Assembly: GCA_002269645.1 (NCBI GenBank) | Contig: NIVC01002018.1 | Coordinates: 124,001-188,000 of the forward strand | Source of the DNA: Macrostomum lignano | Taxonomy: Eukaryota | Length of the DNA stretch: 64,000 nucleotides | Reading direction: 5' to 3' | Part shown: in pieces, positions 1 through 16,074 of the stretch | How the letters are laid out: every line of letters starts with the position of its first letter | How positions within the stretch are numbered: the first letter of the stretch is position 1 | Translations under genes and position numbers: made by a program | Notes under the pieces: model-generated | What the model was told of the DNA's origin: nothing | Seen by the model: only the letters and a program-made list of their open reading frames with translations | The model's database searches: none

Positions 1-548
1 CAGTCCACCGCGACTGTCGCGATTCCGGCGTCCACCGCTTGCAGGCTGTACACGCCGATGTCGCTGCCGACGTCAAGGAAGGTGACCTCGGACTTGGACA
101 GAGCCCGCATGATGTCGATGAGCCGCGACACCAGCTGGAGCTCCCAGGACTGCGACCGGAAACTCGTCCGAGAAACGAGGCCGCGACCTCGGTACTTGAA
201 GATGGTTATGTTCCGGTCAGCGACTCTGCTCGTCAGGTGGTCCACAGCGGCCGCTCGTCTCACTTCGTGCTCGATGCTGAGCGGCAGTCTGTCAGGCAGC
301 TGACACAGCGGGAACTTGCCGCCAATGATGGTGAAGGCCGTGATGTTCTGGCACAGTCGTCTTCTCATGCCGTCATGGAGAAAGTTGACGCTGCTGAGCT
401 CGGAGAAGCCGGCACAGCGGGTTGCAGAAAGCGTGTCCGCTCGCAGGTGCAAAATAGCACAGTACAGCAGCAAGGCTAGAGACGCTGCTCCGATAAAGTT
501 CAGAGTCTTTTTCTGATAACTGAGTCCGCATGTTCTACTGAGATTCAT
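1..548 (-). CDS. FkbM/Methyltransf_21-like SAM-dependent methyltransferase with N-terminal signal-anchor (3' end runs off the window)
   Basis: Manual translation from ATG at 548: MNLSRTCGLSYQKKTLNFIGAASLALLLYCAILHL...SWELQLVSRLIDIMRALSKSEVTFLDVGSDIGVYSLQAVDAGIATVAVD. The frame is open to the window edge. FLDVGSDIGVYSL matches FkbM motif I (F[IL]D[IV]G[AS]N[IV]G.YS). Hydrophobic segment at about aa 19-34. Confidence 0.75.
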   Translation of the reverse strand, partial: MNLSRTCGLSYQKKTLNFIGAASLALLLYCAILHLRADTLSATRCAGFSELSSVNFLHDGMRRRLCQNITAFTIIGGKFPLCQLPDRLPLSIEHEVRRAAAVDHLTSRVADRNITIFKYRGRGLVSRTSFRSQSWELQLVSRLIDIMRALSKSEVTFLDVGSDIGVYSLQAVDAGIATVAVD

Positions 549-1569
549 TGTTTCTGACAGAATAGAAAACGATCAATCGCCCGGCAGCTCTCGTTACAAG
601 CCTCCGAGACTACAGTGGAAAGAGATTATGCTAAATCCATGGTCTGAAACGCACGCACAGCCAAGTCAGTACCTCTCCTCGGGCTGCCATAAGCTTTCTA
701 TATACCTCTGATTTATCATTGTGTGCTTTGCAGTCCGGCGGTCCCCTCAGTGTGAGCCGCTGTGCTCTGCCCCTCGTCCCAATTTCTCTTGCTTCTCTTG
801 TTCCTCTGAGCCGGTCAGCTCGCCAGAGTGCAGCACCCCTCCCCTCTGGGTCTGCTTTAGCCAATACACACTGGCCTTGCTGATAATCGACCTTAAAATG
901 GAATTGTTGACTTAGGAGGTATTGCTAAGCATTAATAATACGCCTTGAATTTGCTGTAGTGTACATACGTATTGAGCTACGAGTGTAGCCCGTACAGAAG
1001 TACGACCTAGCTATAGGTCTCGATAATTGCAGAGCTTGCCCTTTTTGAGCTTAATGAATTTGAAGGATGCAGGACATTTTCTTAGAATGCTCATCAAAAG
1101 AACGCATAGCGCTCTATGGGGTCCGGCCATAGACGAATTCGAGTTTACTGAGATAGCAAGATTTGGCATAGTATTCAATAGTGGGAAGACTTACTAAGCA
1201 TTTCAAGGCTAAGTTTGGTGCGGGAAAATGCACTTCGGGGAAAAAACTCGGGGTGTAGATTGGCCTGTACTCTCGCGCTTCCACTCGCCTTAAATTGCAA
1301 GTTCTGTGCCATTAATTACATGTATTCAAAGGGTCTCCGGTCAGACAATGAGAAATGATTGACATCAATCTCGTGCGTGTGGGTGTGAAGTGAATGGCTT
1401 TTGTAGTGCTCAGGGTGTAGTATACAGCTGTTTATTATATTAGTTGCTATTAAGAAATTGAGCAAATGCTATGTGGTTCTGTCAAAATTTTAGCCTGATA
1501 AGGTGGTGTTTGTTCCCTAGCTAGGGGGCCTTGGGCTTCAATCCGAAGGCTTCTACTCCAGATATTTTT

Positions 1570-2000
1570 GTCTAGAACTCCGTGGCTTGAGGTTTGATCA
1601 GGAATTCTTCTTTTTCTAGACCTTTTCCTAGAGCTCCGTGGCCTCTAATTCAGATAGTTTCCATTGCGGGATTTTTTCTAGAGCTCCATGGCGTGTGATT
1701 CAAAAGTTTACACTCCAGGCACTATATCTAGAACTCTGTGGCTTGTGATTCTAAAAAATGTCCACTCCAGACACTATATCTAGAACTCCGTGGCTTGTGA
1801 TTCTAGAAAGTTTCCACTCCAGACACTATATCTATAACTCCGTGGCTTGTGATTCTAGAAAGTTTCCACTCCAGACACTATATCTAGAACTCCGTGGCTT
1901 GTGATTCTAGAAAGTTTCCACTCCAGACACTATATTTAGATCTCCGTGGCTTGTGATTCTAGAAAGTTTCCACTCCAGGCACTATATCTAGAACTCCGTG
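1570..2000. repeat. 52-bp minisatellite (tctagaactccgtggcttgtgattctagaaagtttccactccagacactata), degenerate at its left end
   Basis: Several near-identical tandem units at 1730-2000. Confidence 0.9.
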
Positions 2001-2469
2001 GCTCACAATTTTGCAGAGAGTTTTAACTTGCGCATTTCAAGACAACGAGTACATACTCTATATCATCCCTAAAAGAGCTTTAACACTCATATATCGCTGA
2101 TCCAGTAGTCTCTCGGATACGAGCTACTCTATTGTCCATCCAGAGCTGGCGGCATGAAACGCACGGAGTTGTCTCATCGTCCATTTGCTCTTCTGCACCA
2201 ACAACAACAATAGCATACGCGTTTGAGTACGAGCTCAGACGCTCAGACACACACAGCAACTATAGAATCCGCATCCGAAATATTTAAGCAAACACTACGA
2301 TTTAAGTACCTTGCTGTGTTGTCCTGTTAACAAAATAATTTACGCCAAGATTTTCATGTCAGAAAAAATATGCCGACCGTCTTTGGCAATGGAATTTTGA
2401 CTCTGTAAGTGGCTTAACATACTTACATTTGACTGTTCGATCGATAAAAGTGCACAATGGCTGTGTAGT

Positions 2470-2940
2470 TTGTACCCCTCTGTAGCTGGCAACCTCTGTG
2501 CATAGCTGGCGCCCCATCTGTACGGTAGCTGGTGCCCCCTCTGTAGCTGGTGCCCCCTTTGTAGCTGGCGCCCCCTCTGTAGCTGGCGCCCCTTCTGTAG
2601 CTGGCGCCCCCTCTGTAGCTGGCGCCCCCTCTGTAGCTGGTGCCCCCTCTGTAGCTGGCGCCCCCTCTGTAGCTGGTGCCCCCTCTGTAGCTGGTGCCCC
2701 CTCTGTAGCTGGCGCCCCCTCTGTAGCTGGCGCCCCCTCTGTAGCTGGCGCCCCCTCTGTAGCTGGCGCCCTCTTCTGTAGCTGGTGCCCCCTCTGTAGC
2801 TGGCACCCCCTCTGTAGCTGGCGCCCCCTCTGTAGCTGGAGCCCCCTCTGTAGCTGGCGCCCCCTCTGTAGCTGGCGCCCCCTCTGTAGCTGGCGCCCCC
2901 TCTGTAGCTGGCGCCCCCTCTGTAGCTGGCGCTCTCTCTG
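2470..2940. repeat. 18-bp GC-rich minisatellite (gtagctggcgccccctct)
   Basis: Direct tandem array. It explains the ATEGAP / SVAGAP / SYRGGA repeat ORFs. Confidence 0.95.
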
Positions 2941-3002
2941 GCGACATGTAGTTACATGTAGTTGCATGTAATTCTCGTGCTCGTCTCAAACTCTTCCAAC
3001 AG

Positions 3003-6523
<3,521 letters not shown>

Positions 6524-7069
6524 CCTTCTTTGACACTAACTATTTATTCGGAAGATTACTTAATGAGTGCTGTTTTGCGTGAAATTAAAGATAAAAATGT
6601 GTTAAGATTCATCCTTTTAGAAAACTCCTCAACATTTGATTGTGAATATTGCATTACTGCCATGCGCTGGGATAGACACTGACAGACAGACACACTGACA
6701 AACAGATACTAATACAGGCACTAAGACGAACAGACTCTACGAGAGGCAGATACTGAGAGACCAGACAGGCACACGGATCTGTGTTAAGACCCAGCTAGCC
6801 CTACTCAGCCCCCCTCCTTTTCGGCGCAGTAACCGAACTTCGGTATGCATCGCAGAGCACACAGCTCAGATAGCTAGAATTACAGACAATGGCTTCTAAA
6901 TATAACTATGGCGTGTGGATTCAACCTGTAATATTTTTATTGTCCAATATAGTTTCCACAAAATTTAGTACAGAGATGTGGTTAAGCTTCGTGGACAGGG
7001 CCTGGATAAAGACGCAAATGCAGCATTAACTAATTAACTAATATATCGAATAATAATATTATAATAATG

Positions 7070-7360
7070 ATTGATTACACCTGCCTCAATTGCGCCAGAT
7101 GTGCAACCGACAGCTCAGCCGCAGCTATTGTGCGGCGCATCTGAAGGCTGCGTACGGCTGTTCAGTCCAATGACTGGGGGGTCGCCACCCACACCCTCAA
7201 TTACCCCAGCTAATGCTGGCACCCATTTTACAGCTGGGTGAACTGAAGCAATGCAGGTTTAAGTGTCTTGCTCAAGGACACACAAATTGTTCCAGTGGGA
7301 TCGGGAATCGAACTCCCGACCTTCAAGTCGTGAGTCCGACGCTCTAACGACTAGGCTACA
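7070..7360 (-). mobile_element. tRNA-derived SINE with CORE-like central segment
   Basis: Minus strand shows A-box-like tagcctagtcgtt, B box gttcgattcc, then gtgtccttgagcaagacacttaa...ctgtaaaatggg, which resembles the MIR/CORE domain. Confidence 0.7.
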
Positions 7361-7764
7361 ACTCCCTTTCAAACTGCATACCGAAAATCAAGCGAGTCGC
7401 GAGCCAATTATGAGTCAGTCATACCGCAGACTGAGCAGACTTCGGGCTGGGGCTGGGCGTATGCGAAAATCTGCGTGCTGCACAGAAAAAAAAGGAAAAT
7501 AGGAAAAGACAGGAGAAGTTTGGTTTCCTTCTGTCCACTGCTGTGAAATCGAGTCAACCCAAATCCTGTCAAGTGCCGTCAGCTGTCGGGGCGGCTCCAG
7601 TCCCCCCGTCTCCCTCCCCTCTCCTCTAACTGATTCCTTTCACCCCCCGAGTGCTGTACCCACCTATAGCTTTGTATGAGCGCTGAGACTCCTGCCCGCT
7701 ATTAAAGCTCTTCTCCTAAGAGGAAATCTCTGCTGTACAGCGATCAGCGTTAGCAACTACTTCG

Positions 7765-9597
7765 ATGCGTTGCTCCGATATCTTGTTGCCAGGCAATGGC
7801 AAGCGTCTCTGCCTGCTTGCTCTGCACTACAGCTGCTTGGTCGCCGGAGCCGCCTGCTCCATAGCCGCTGCCACTGGACGCCAGGCCTGGCAGCGGCTGA
7901 GCTGCTCAGCAGGCGGCGGCAGCCTGACAGCCTCCGGCGGCCCGCGGGGCCTAGACTTTGCTCTGGTCGGCCCGGCATCGTCAGGGACAAGCGGCTTCAA
8001 TGCCAGCAGCGCTTTTGGATTGGCCTTTGGACCCGTGCTGGCCCAGCTGACTGCAGGTGAATTAATCCGTGCTAATTGCGTCATGGTGTCTTCTGGGTAG
8101 GTCACGGGCTGGCAACCTGTGAGCACTTGTGTGATATTGTGCAGCTGTGTCTAACATGTGAGCAGCCATGTATAACATGTGACCACCTGCAGTGTCTAAC
8201 ATGTGAGCAGCCATGTCTAACATGTTAACAACCGTGTCTAACATGTAAGAACAAGTGTCTAACATTTGAGCACCAGTGTTTAACATGTGAGCACCATTGT
8301 CTAACATGTGAGCACCCGTGTCTAACAAGTAAGAACAAGTGTCTAACATGTGAGCACCTGCAGTGTCCAACATGTGAGCACCATTGTCTAACATGTGAGC
8401 AGCCATGTCTAACATGTTAGCACCCGTGTCTAACATGTAAGAACAAGTGTCTAACATGTGAGCACCATTGTCTAACATGTGAGCACCTGCAGTGTCTAAC
8501 ATGTGAGCAGCTAGCCATGTCTAACATGTGAACACCAGTGTCTAAATTTTGTGAGCAGCTGTCAATTAATCACATACCTAGACACCGACAAACCCATTTA
8601 AAATCCTAAATCATTCAGCTATTGAGCAGTAAATGAACTTCACTATCACATAAATACGAGTACATACAAATAACTTTCTCAGACTCCCGAGCCTGGAGCA
8701 GCATCTCCTGGCTCCTAGCCGGTGCCAGCGTCTCAACTGTGGCCACTCTGATGGCCCTGATGCTCAAGAAATTTTGCGGCCGAGCAAGGGCGCTTGCTAT
8801 GACCGGCGTGGTGGCCCTGCTAGTTGGAATCAGCAGTACGTGCTGGGAGCATGTGCTAGTCAGTGTAAAGATCAGAAAGATTCCTGCAGAAAAACCCGAC
8901 CACTTCTCCACCCTCAGCCGGAACTCTCACAGCCGCCATCATTGTCTACTTGGCTGCCGCGGCTCGCCTTCGAGCCGTGTTCGACACAGTGACCGCCGCT
9001 GCCACCGCTGCGCCCCACTCTGCAGGCGTCTCCGTCAGCTTCAACGACGCGACAGCGGCAGACGGATCCGCGACCGGCTTTACTCTGACTGTGGCGGCCG
9101 ACCTGGCCTGCTTTGCCGATCTTCTGCTTCTAGGAGTTAAGAGACTGGCTTTCGACAGAAACAGGGAGGCCACATCTTACAACGTGGAGGCGGCGTCAAC
9201 GGCAGCAGCAGCAGCGACATCGGCCAGGACAGCGGAGGCGACCAACGCCGCGGTGACACCGAGGCGAGCCGCGCCATCACCGCCGCCGAGGGCGCATCGG
9301 TTAAAGTCGCTGGCAACCGACGATAGTGTACAATCGACATCTGCTGTCACCGGAGCGGCCAACTCCGAGCAGATGCGCTCCCGGCTGGAGCGTCGGCAGG
9401 AGGCGGAGAGACAAGCGGCAAGTGCGGCAGTTTCTGGAAACAGCACAGCTCGGGGGATTCAGCGGAGCTCGCACGGTGTGGACAACCTGGCGATGACGCC
9501 GACAACGCCAACTGGGACCTCCTCACTTGTGGACAGCGCCGACGGCGGGACAACAGCGGACGATGATGAGCCAATTGTGCAGGTGGACGTCCTCTGA
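7765..9597 (+). CDS. Claudin/PMP22-like four-TM membrane protein with long low-complexity C-tail ending -QVDVL
   Basis: Exons 7765-8056, 8683-8835 and 8918-9597 join in frame (374 aa). Four hydrophobic segments; the fourth begins GFTL. Family assignment rests on topology only. Confidence 0.5.
8130..8550. repeat. Intronic 21-24-bp minisatellite (gtgtctaacatgtgagcacca)
   Basis: Direct tandem array. Confidence 0.92.
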
Positions 9598-9734
9598 CTC
9601 GCAATCCTTGGAGATCGGGTGACGCGCCAGCCACATGTACTTACTGTGTACAGTACTAACCCAGGCCAATTATGCTTAACTCGCTTGCTTCTTTTTGTGC
9701 TTCAAGGGCCAGGGAGAAAAGAAGAGGGACATGA

Positions 9735-10078
9735 GGGGCCGTAGCCCAGTGGTCCAGCGCGGTGCTCTGATGTGCCAGCGGCCCAGGCTCGATTCCAAGT
9801 GCAGCCACATTAATTTGGGGCTGAATTGGAATCTCGGCTTGGCTCTGCTCGTGCAATTAACGCACTAGAGGTCCAACCCCCAAGGCTCAGTGAAGTGTAC
9901 ATGCCTAACGATAAAATAAAGTAAGGGCCGCTGTACACTCCTGTGTGAGTGTGCCTGTGCGTAGGACTGCGTACGTATCCGCGCGCTTGTGTGCCTGCTC
10001 AGGGGAGTCGGCGGAATGGGCAGCAATGCCTCTCGCCGGTTGTGTGACAATGTCGCCTAAAGTGACTAATTAAAAAAG
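9735..10078 (+). mobile_element. tRNA-derived SINE, family A copy 1
   Basis: A-box tagcccagtgg, B-box-like ggctcgattcc, body shared with 12755-13090, A-rich end. Confidence 0.8.
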
Positions 10079-10599
10079 AGCTATGCACAATTGCTATCTG
10101 ATATTGTAAAGTTTCACAGAAGTTTGCCGACTCCCTGGTCTGCACAAAATCTATTTTAAACAATTAAATAATGCAACAATACACAATTTGAATACAATTA
10201 AGTTTTGAGTTCAGGATTATATAAAAATGGAATTACATTATTCTATCGCTAAAACATTTACTCAATGAGTATTGATGCTTGAAATTACTGGATTAATATA
10301 TAAGTACTCATGGACAACTCAAGACGAAGGCCACTAGTTTTCGATGCAGAATGCATTGGCGAGATAAAAATCGAATAATTAGCGACTCAGAAATCCAGAA
10401 GATACAAATCAATACCGTCGGACAGTTACTACTCGCATGAAAAGTACATAAGTAGATGGAAGCTTATAAAAATGATATAAATTTACCTTTGTTAAATTTT
10501 CTTTGATAAAACATGTATCGCATGAGAAGGCTCGCAGAAATTACATATTTTCAAGAGATTTACTTTAAGGAAAATCCCAGGATTCTCATCACAAGATAT

Positions 10600-11220
10600 C
10601 ACAGATTCACATCTAAGGAAATTCCAGGTTTTCATTGAACGAAATCCAGGTTTCCCATCAAGGGAAATTCCAAATTCTCAACGAGGAAAACCCCAGATTT
10701 TCACCAAGGGAAATCCCAGATTTCCATTGAGGGAAATCGTAGATTCTCATAAAGGGAAATACCAGATTTTCATTGAGGGAAATCCCAGATTCCTACTGAG
10801 GGAAATCCCATATTCTAACCGAGGGAAATTCCATATTTTCATAGAGGGAAATCCCTGATTATCATTGAGGGAAATCCCAGATTGTCATCGAGGGGAATCC
10901 AATAGTCTCATTGTGGGAAATCCCAGCTTTTCATTAAGGAAAATGGCAGACTTTCATAAGAAATCGCAGTTTTGCATTGAGAGAAATCGCAGATTCTCAT
11001 TGAGGGAAAACCAAGATTTTTATCGAGGGAAATCCCTGATTTTCATTGAGGGAAATCCCAGATTCTCATTGAGGGAATTCCCTGATTTTCATCGAGGGAA
11101 ATCCCAGAGTTTCATCGAGGGAAATCCATCCATGATTCTCATTGAGGGAAATCCTAGATTTTATCAAGGGAAATCCCTGTTTCTAATCGAGGGAAATCCT
11201 AGATTATAATTGAGGGAAAT
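10600..11220. repeat. Degenerate ~23-bp minisatellite (attgagggaaatcccagattctc)
   Basis: Direct tandem array between two convergent genes. Confidence 0.85.
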
Positions 11221-11394
11221 ACCAGCAGACATTTGCTTTCAAGCGACTATCAATCAGTCAAAGACGACAGTAAAAATGAAATGAAAGCCTGTAGTCACCT
11301 GGCAAACAGTTTTAGGTAAAATTCTGATATAAAAAATCGATTATTAGTACAAGTTGTCACCACAACAAAACCGGAATCGTCAGGGGCATGAATA

Positions 11395-14300
11395 TCAAGG
11401 CAAGCTGAACGCTAAGATCCGCTTATTAGCGGCATCGGCCACCACCAGCAGCCGCTTCTTGTTCACTCGACCTTCATTGTCCTCCGCCGCTTCATTGCCA
11501 ACGTTGAATTCGCAGGCGGCCAGGGCCAACGGCGCTTTGAAATTGTCGGCCCCGCCGCCACCGGCCAGGCTGTGAAGCCGCCGGCCGTCGCTGGTCAACG
11601 CTTGGACGGTGGCCGACTGCGGACTGCAGGTGAACACGATGCCGCGGCTGTCAGCTGCCACCGAGGTAGGACGGTGCTGCTCACCCTCAGCCGGCTTCAG
11701 CCTGCGGCGTTTTGGGGGATGAATGGCGGGAATCACTAAATTACTTTGGGATTTATAGTAGCATATGGGGATAATTAGCTACTCAGGGATTCAGTAGCAT
11801 ATAGGGATAATTAGCTACTCGGGGAATCAGTAGCATATGGGGATAATTAGCTACTCGGGGATTCAGTAGCATATGGGGATAATTAGCTACTCGGGGAATC
11901 AATAGCATATGGGGATAATTATCCACCCAGGATGCAATAATTTCGCACCTGTCCAATCGCATCCCGGACATCAGGCACCAGACATCGCAGCCGCCGCTAA
12001 CAGAGTCGGTGACAATGGCGCAGTGACTGCCAAGCGCCGACACAGACTCGGTGGTTTTCAGCCGCATCTCCGGCATAGCAACCTGACAGTGCAGAGTGCC
12101 AACCACCTCGGCTTCCTTAGCAACAGCGAGCAGTCGGCAGTCGGGCTCGCACCTGTAGATCAGAAGTTTGTCCTGCGTGCCGCTCAGGCCGGCGATGCGG
12201 CCAAGCGGCTGACCGACATTGTCTTCAGTCACCCGAGCAAGCGACTGACCGTCCAGGCCGACTACGAGGACGCAGCTAGTTGTCATGGCAACGAACAGAC
12301 GCTGCCGACCGGGCGGACAGCGCAGAGGACAATCGCAGTGCAGACCAACGATGCGGTCGGCGTCGCCAAGCTTGGCGGCCAATTGAATCGCGGCTGGCTG
12401 GGCCTGCTTGGAGTCCAGCAGAGATACCAGACAGAGCCGGCGGCCTCGGACTTGATTGTCGACGTCATTGTCGCCGGCGGCGGCGGCGGCGTCGTTGTCG
12501 GCGAGAGCAACAACGGCGCAGGGTGAGCCGAACTGACTGACGGCGGCGCCTTGCCGACCACTGGCAGCGGTTGCCAAGGTAACCACAGGTTTCGCTGCCG
12601 TCGGCGACGTCAAGGCGACGTAGCCGGCGGCGTTCCGGCAGGCGGCGAGGGCGACTGGACGGCCGTCGAAATTGGAGTGGCTGGCCAAACGGGTCCAGGC
12701 TTGGCTGGCGTCTGGGAGTGGAGGGTGCAACGGTTTGATAATGCGCTAAGTGCGAAAAAGTGCCAGCGGCCCAGGCTCGATTCCAAGTGCATTGACATTA
12801 ATTTTCGGGACTGAATTGGAATCTCGGCTTGGCTCTGCTCGTGCAATTAACGGCTTTGAGAGCCAACCCCCCAAGGCGCAGTGAAGTGTACGTGACTAAC
12901 GATAAAATAAAGTTAGGGCCGCTGTACACTCCTGTGTGTGTGTGCCTGTGTGAATGTGTGTGTATCCGCGCGCTTGTACATGTATGCCTGCTCAGGGGAG
13001 TCGGCGGAATGGGCAGCAATGCCTCTCGCCGGTTGATTGCCTATGTCGCTTAAAGTGCGCCAGGGTGCACACAACCCCCTGCCTCTAATAAAAAAACGGT
13101 AAATAAAGTTAGGGCCGCTGTACACTCCTGTGTGGTATGTCTATTATACATGTATATATAATAGATTAGGTGTTGTTTTCTGCCCCTCTTGTTTTCTGCG
13201 ACTCCTCTCTCACCTCAACCGCAATTTCGTGAGGGATTTTCGCGCTAAAATTCCTGCGCTTTAAGAAATCCCAGATCGACATGCTCGATTGGGGTTCATG
13301 CCTCTACACCTCAACCAAAAGTGCAAGCTGCACTTAGACGAAGTCGTCTCTCTCAGTAGGGTAGCCACCAAGAAGTTCTTCATCTACCGCTTTTTAGTGC
13401 ACTGATCCGCTCCTATCAGCTTCTTATCTACAACTCACCAGTCTCTTTAAAGATCTTCCTCAGCTCTTCTTCAACCAAGAGCTCCAAGCCTAGCGCCCGA
13501 GGGCCCAGGTTGACCTGGACCCCGGCTCCGGGCTCCGCAGCCTGCACCGCGGCCGCCTTCAATGGCGCCAGCTGGCCAGAGAGCCGCATCGCATGGGAGA
13601 CATCGTGAGTCTGCTGAGCCTGCTGGATTTGTCTGCCGAGCTTCTCGGCGCGCTCGCAGTACGACATGCCGTCATTGACGACTGCGAGCTCGGCCTCCAC
13701 CTGAGAGGGGAAGGGAATTTGAGGGGAATCAACCTAATGAACTGATCATTAAAATCCCATCCAGCCCGTTGAAATCGTTACCGGGACAAAAATCGGTTGA
13801 AATCGTTGTCCTCCCCTCCCATCCCACCTTGTGACTTGTGGTAATCAATAATTTTCTTCTGGGCGCCAAAATGAGTGCCTGCGGCGCCCAAAATGAGTAC
13901 CCGCGGCGCTAAAATGAGTGCCTGTGGCGCTAAATGAGTGCCTGTGGCGCTAAATGAGTGCCTGTGGCGCTAAAATGAGTGCCTGCGGCGCTAAATGAGT
14001 GCCTGCGGCACCAAAATGAGTGCCTGCGGCGCCCAAAATGAGTACCCGCGGCGCTAAAATGAGTGCCTGCGGCGCTAAATGAGTGCCTACGGCGCCAAAA
14101 TGAGTGCCTGCGGCGCTAAAATGGGTACCTGCGGCGCCAAAATGAGTGCCTGCGGCGCCAAAAAGAGCGCTGACAACACGATTCTCAATTCATGGCGACG
14201 CCCCAGGGCTCAAACGACTGTTGAGTCCCGAGCGCATCATCTGAGTTGCACAATCGTAACTTTCTACTAACTCAATTTTAGACTAAAAAAAGTTGCTATC

Positions 14301-14832
14301 AATGCGAATTGCAGTTTTAATAATTCGTTAAAATGGCCCGAGTCACACACATAAAAAACGCCTCAAATTGACTCTTTTTAGTGACTTGTTTCTTTGACAT
14401 CTCGTCCTTTTAGAGTCAGTTCTAAGCGTCACTTCTTTCCTATTTTACCTGCGTTATCTCTAACGACTCTGCCAGTGACTCTGGGCCTAGGTACCGTTTG
14501 CATCGGGTAGATTATTCAATGATCCCAAGAAACCAGATCTCACCGACCTGTCCAATTAGGCGCCGCTTCCCAGCCTCCAAAGCGTCCATAGCGGAGTCAA
14601 AGGCGGTCTCCAGCTCCTGCCGCTCACAGTAAAGCCGCTGCTGCAGAGCTCGCTGTTTAGCCAGCAATTGTTGCAGCTCCTCAAGATTGGGCTTCACCTG
14701 TTCCACTCGCATACTGCCAACCTTTTCCTGCTCCATATTGTAGTGAGTTTGGCACACCGGGTGGCCGGAGAAGGGGCCCGGGCCCACCGAGGGCCCTTTG
14801 CAGCGGCGGACGAAACAGGTGGCTGTGGACAT
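11395..14832 (-). CDS. Coiled-coil + NHL/beta-propeller protein (TRIM-NHL-like architecture, no clear RING)
   Basis: Exons 14832-14548, 13700-13439, 12711-11949 and 11701-11395 join in frame (538 aa). N-terminal Cys/His motif then coiled coil. C-terminal PTSVAADSRGIVF and LLVVADAANKRILAF are NHL-like. Confidence 0.65.
11750..11930. repeat. Intronic 36-bp minisatellite with internal gctact/agtagc hairpin
   Basis: About 5 units filling most of the last intron of the NHL gene. Confidence 0.9.
12755..13125 (+). mobile_element. SINE family A copy 2 (5' truncated or altered, partial internal duplication at the 3' end)
   Basis: High similarity to 9770-10070; lies in intron 2 of the NHL gene close to the acceptor. 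Confidence 0.8.
13860..14165. repeat. Intronic ~21-bp minisatellite (aaaatgagtgcctgcggcgct)
   Basis: Direct tandem array. Confidence 0.92.
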
Positions 14833-14894
14833 GCCTTGCTGAGCTTTAACGGTGTGACAGAAGGAGATCGGTTAACAAGTCAACTTTGATCCTA

Positions 14895-15555
14895 TGATTT
14901 TCATTTATCCCACGATTCCAAACTTATCCCATGATTCTAATTTATCCCATTCGATTATAATTCATCCCATGATTCTAATTTATTCCATGATTCTAATTTA
15001 TCCCATAATTCTAATTCATCCCATGATTTATCACATGATTCTAATTCATCCCATGATTCTAATTTATCCCATGATTTATCCCATGATTCTAATTCATCCC
15101 ATGGTTCTAATTTATCCCGTGATTCTAATTTATCCTATGATTCTAATTTATCCTATGATTCTAATTTATCCAATGATTCTATTTCATCACATGGTTCTAA
15201 TTTATCCCATAATTCTAATTCATCCCATGATTTATCACATGATTCTAATTCATCCCATGATTCTAATTTATCCCATGATTTATCCAATGATTCTATTTCA
15301 TCACATGGTTCTAATTTATCCCGTGATTCTAATTCATCACACGATTCTAATTTATCCCATGGTTCTAATTTATCCCACGATCCAATTTATCCTATGATTT
15401 TAATTTGTCTCATTGTTCTAACTTATCCCATGGTTCTAATTTATCCCATGATTCTAATCTCTCCCATGGTTCTAATTTATCCCATGATTCTAATTTATCC
15501 CATGGTTCTAATTTATCCCATGATTCTAATTTATCCCATGGTTCTAACTTATCCC
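14895..15555. repeat. 18-bp minisatellite (ttatcccatgattctaat)
   Basis: Direct tandem array; explains the MILIYP ORFs. Confidence 0.93.
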
Positions 15556-16074
15556 AAGCTGCTACAACGAAGACTTCAATAGATTATATAAAATAAAAAT
15601 TCTAATTCATACAAGATTTATCGAATACAAACAAAATTAGCTGATAAATACCAACAGACTTTTATCAAGTATTCAGCTGATTAAGTTGTTTTAATAAACG
15701 ACGTTATCAAACAGAAATATAAAGTCGAATAAAAATAGGTGAATATTCAGGGCAATTAAAAGCACAATGGAAATAGTCAAGTAAACTATAATTGCAGGTG
15801 CTGAAGCATTACATTTTTAGGGCTAATTCCATGTTACATGGAAAAGTGGACAAGTATTACTTATAAACTTAATTAATATAAATAAGACTTTTGGCAACTG
15901 AAAACTAAATACAAAAATTTCAACCGAAATTGCACTTTGGTAAAAAAAGTTGGCAAAAATGAGTTGCTTAAAGAAGTGAAACAAATGCTAGAATGAACTT
16001 ACGGCTCAGTGTTTGTATTTCCAAAGTTATAAAATGCCAATCATAATAAATTAAACTTGCACTTCCAGCTTAGT

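Noticed and set aside
39-516. Plus-strand ORFs at the window start
   Set aside because: Shadows of the minus-strand methyltransferase frame
7290-7360. Possible tRNA gene
   Set aside because: A/B boxes continue into a SINE body and no complete cloverleaf is formed
10600-11220. GGGAAATCCC / GGGGAATCCC NF-kB-like decamers here and at 62110-62460
   Set aside because: They are simply the minisatellite unit, with no evidence of regulatory use
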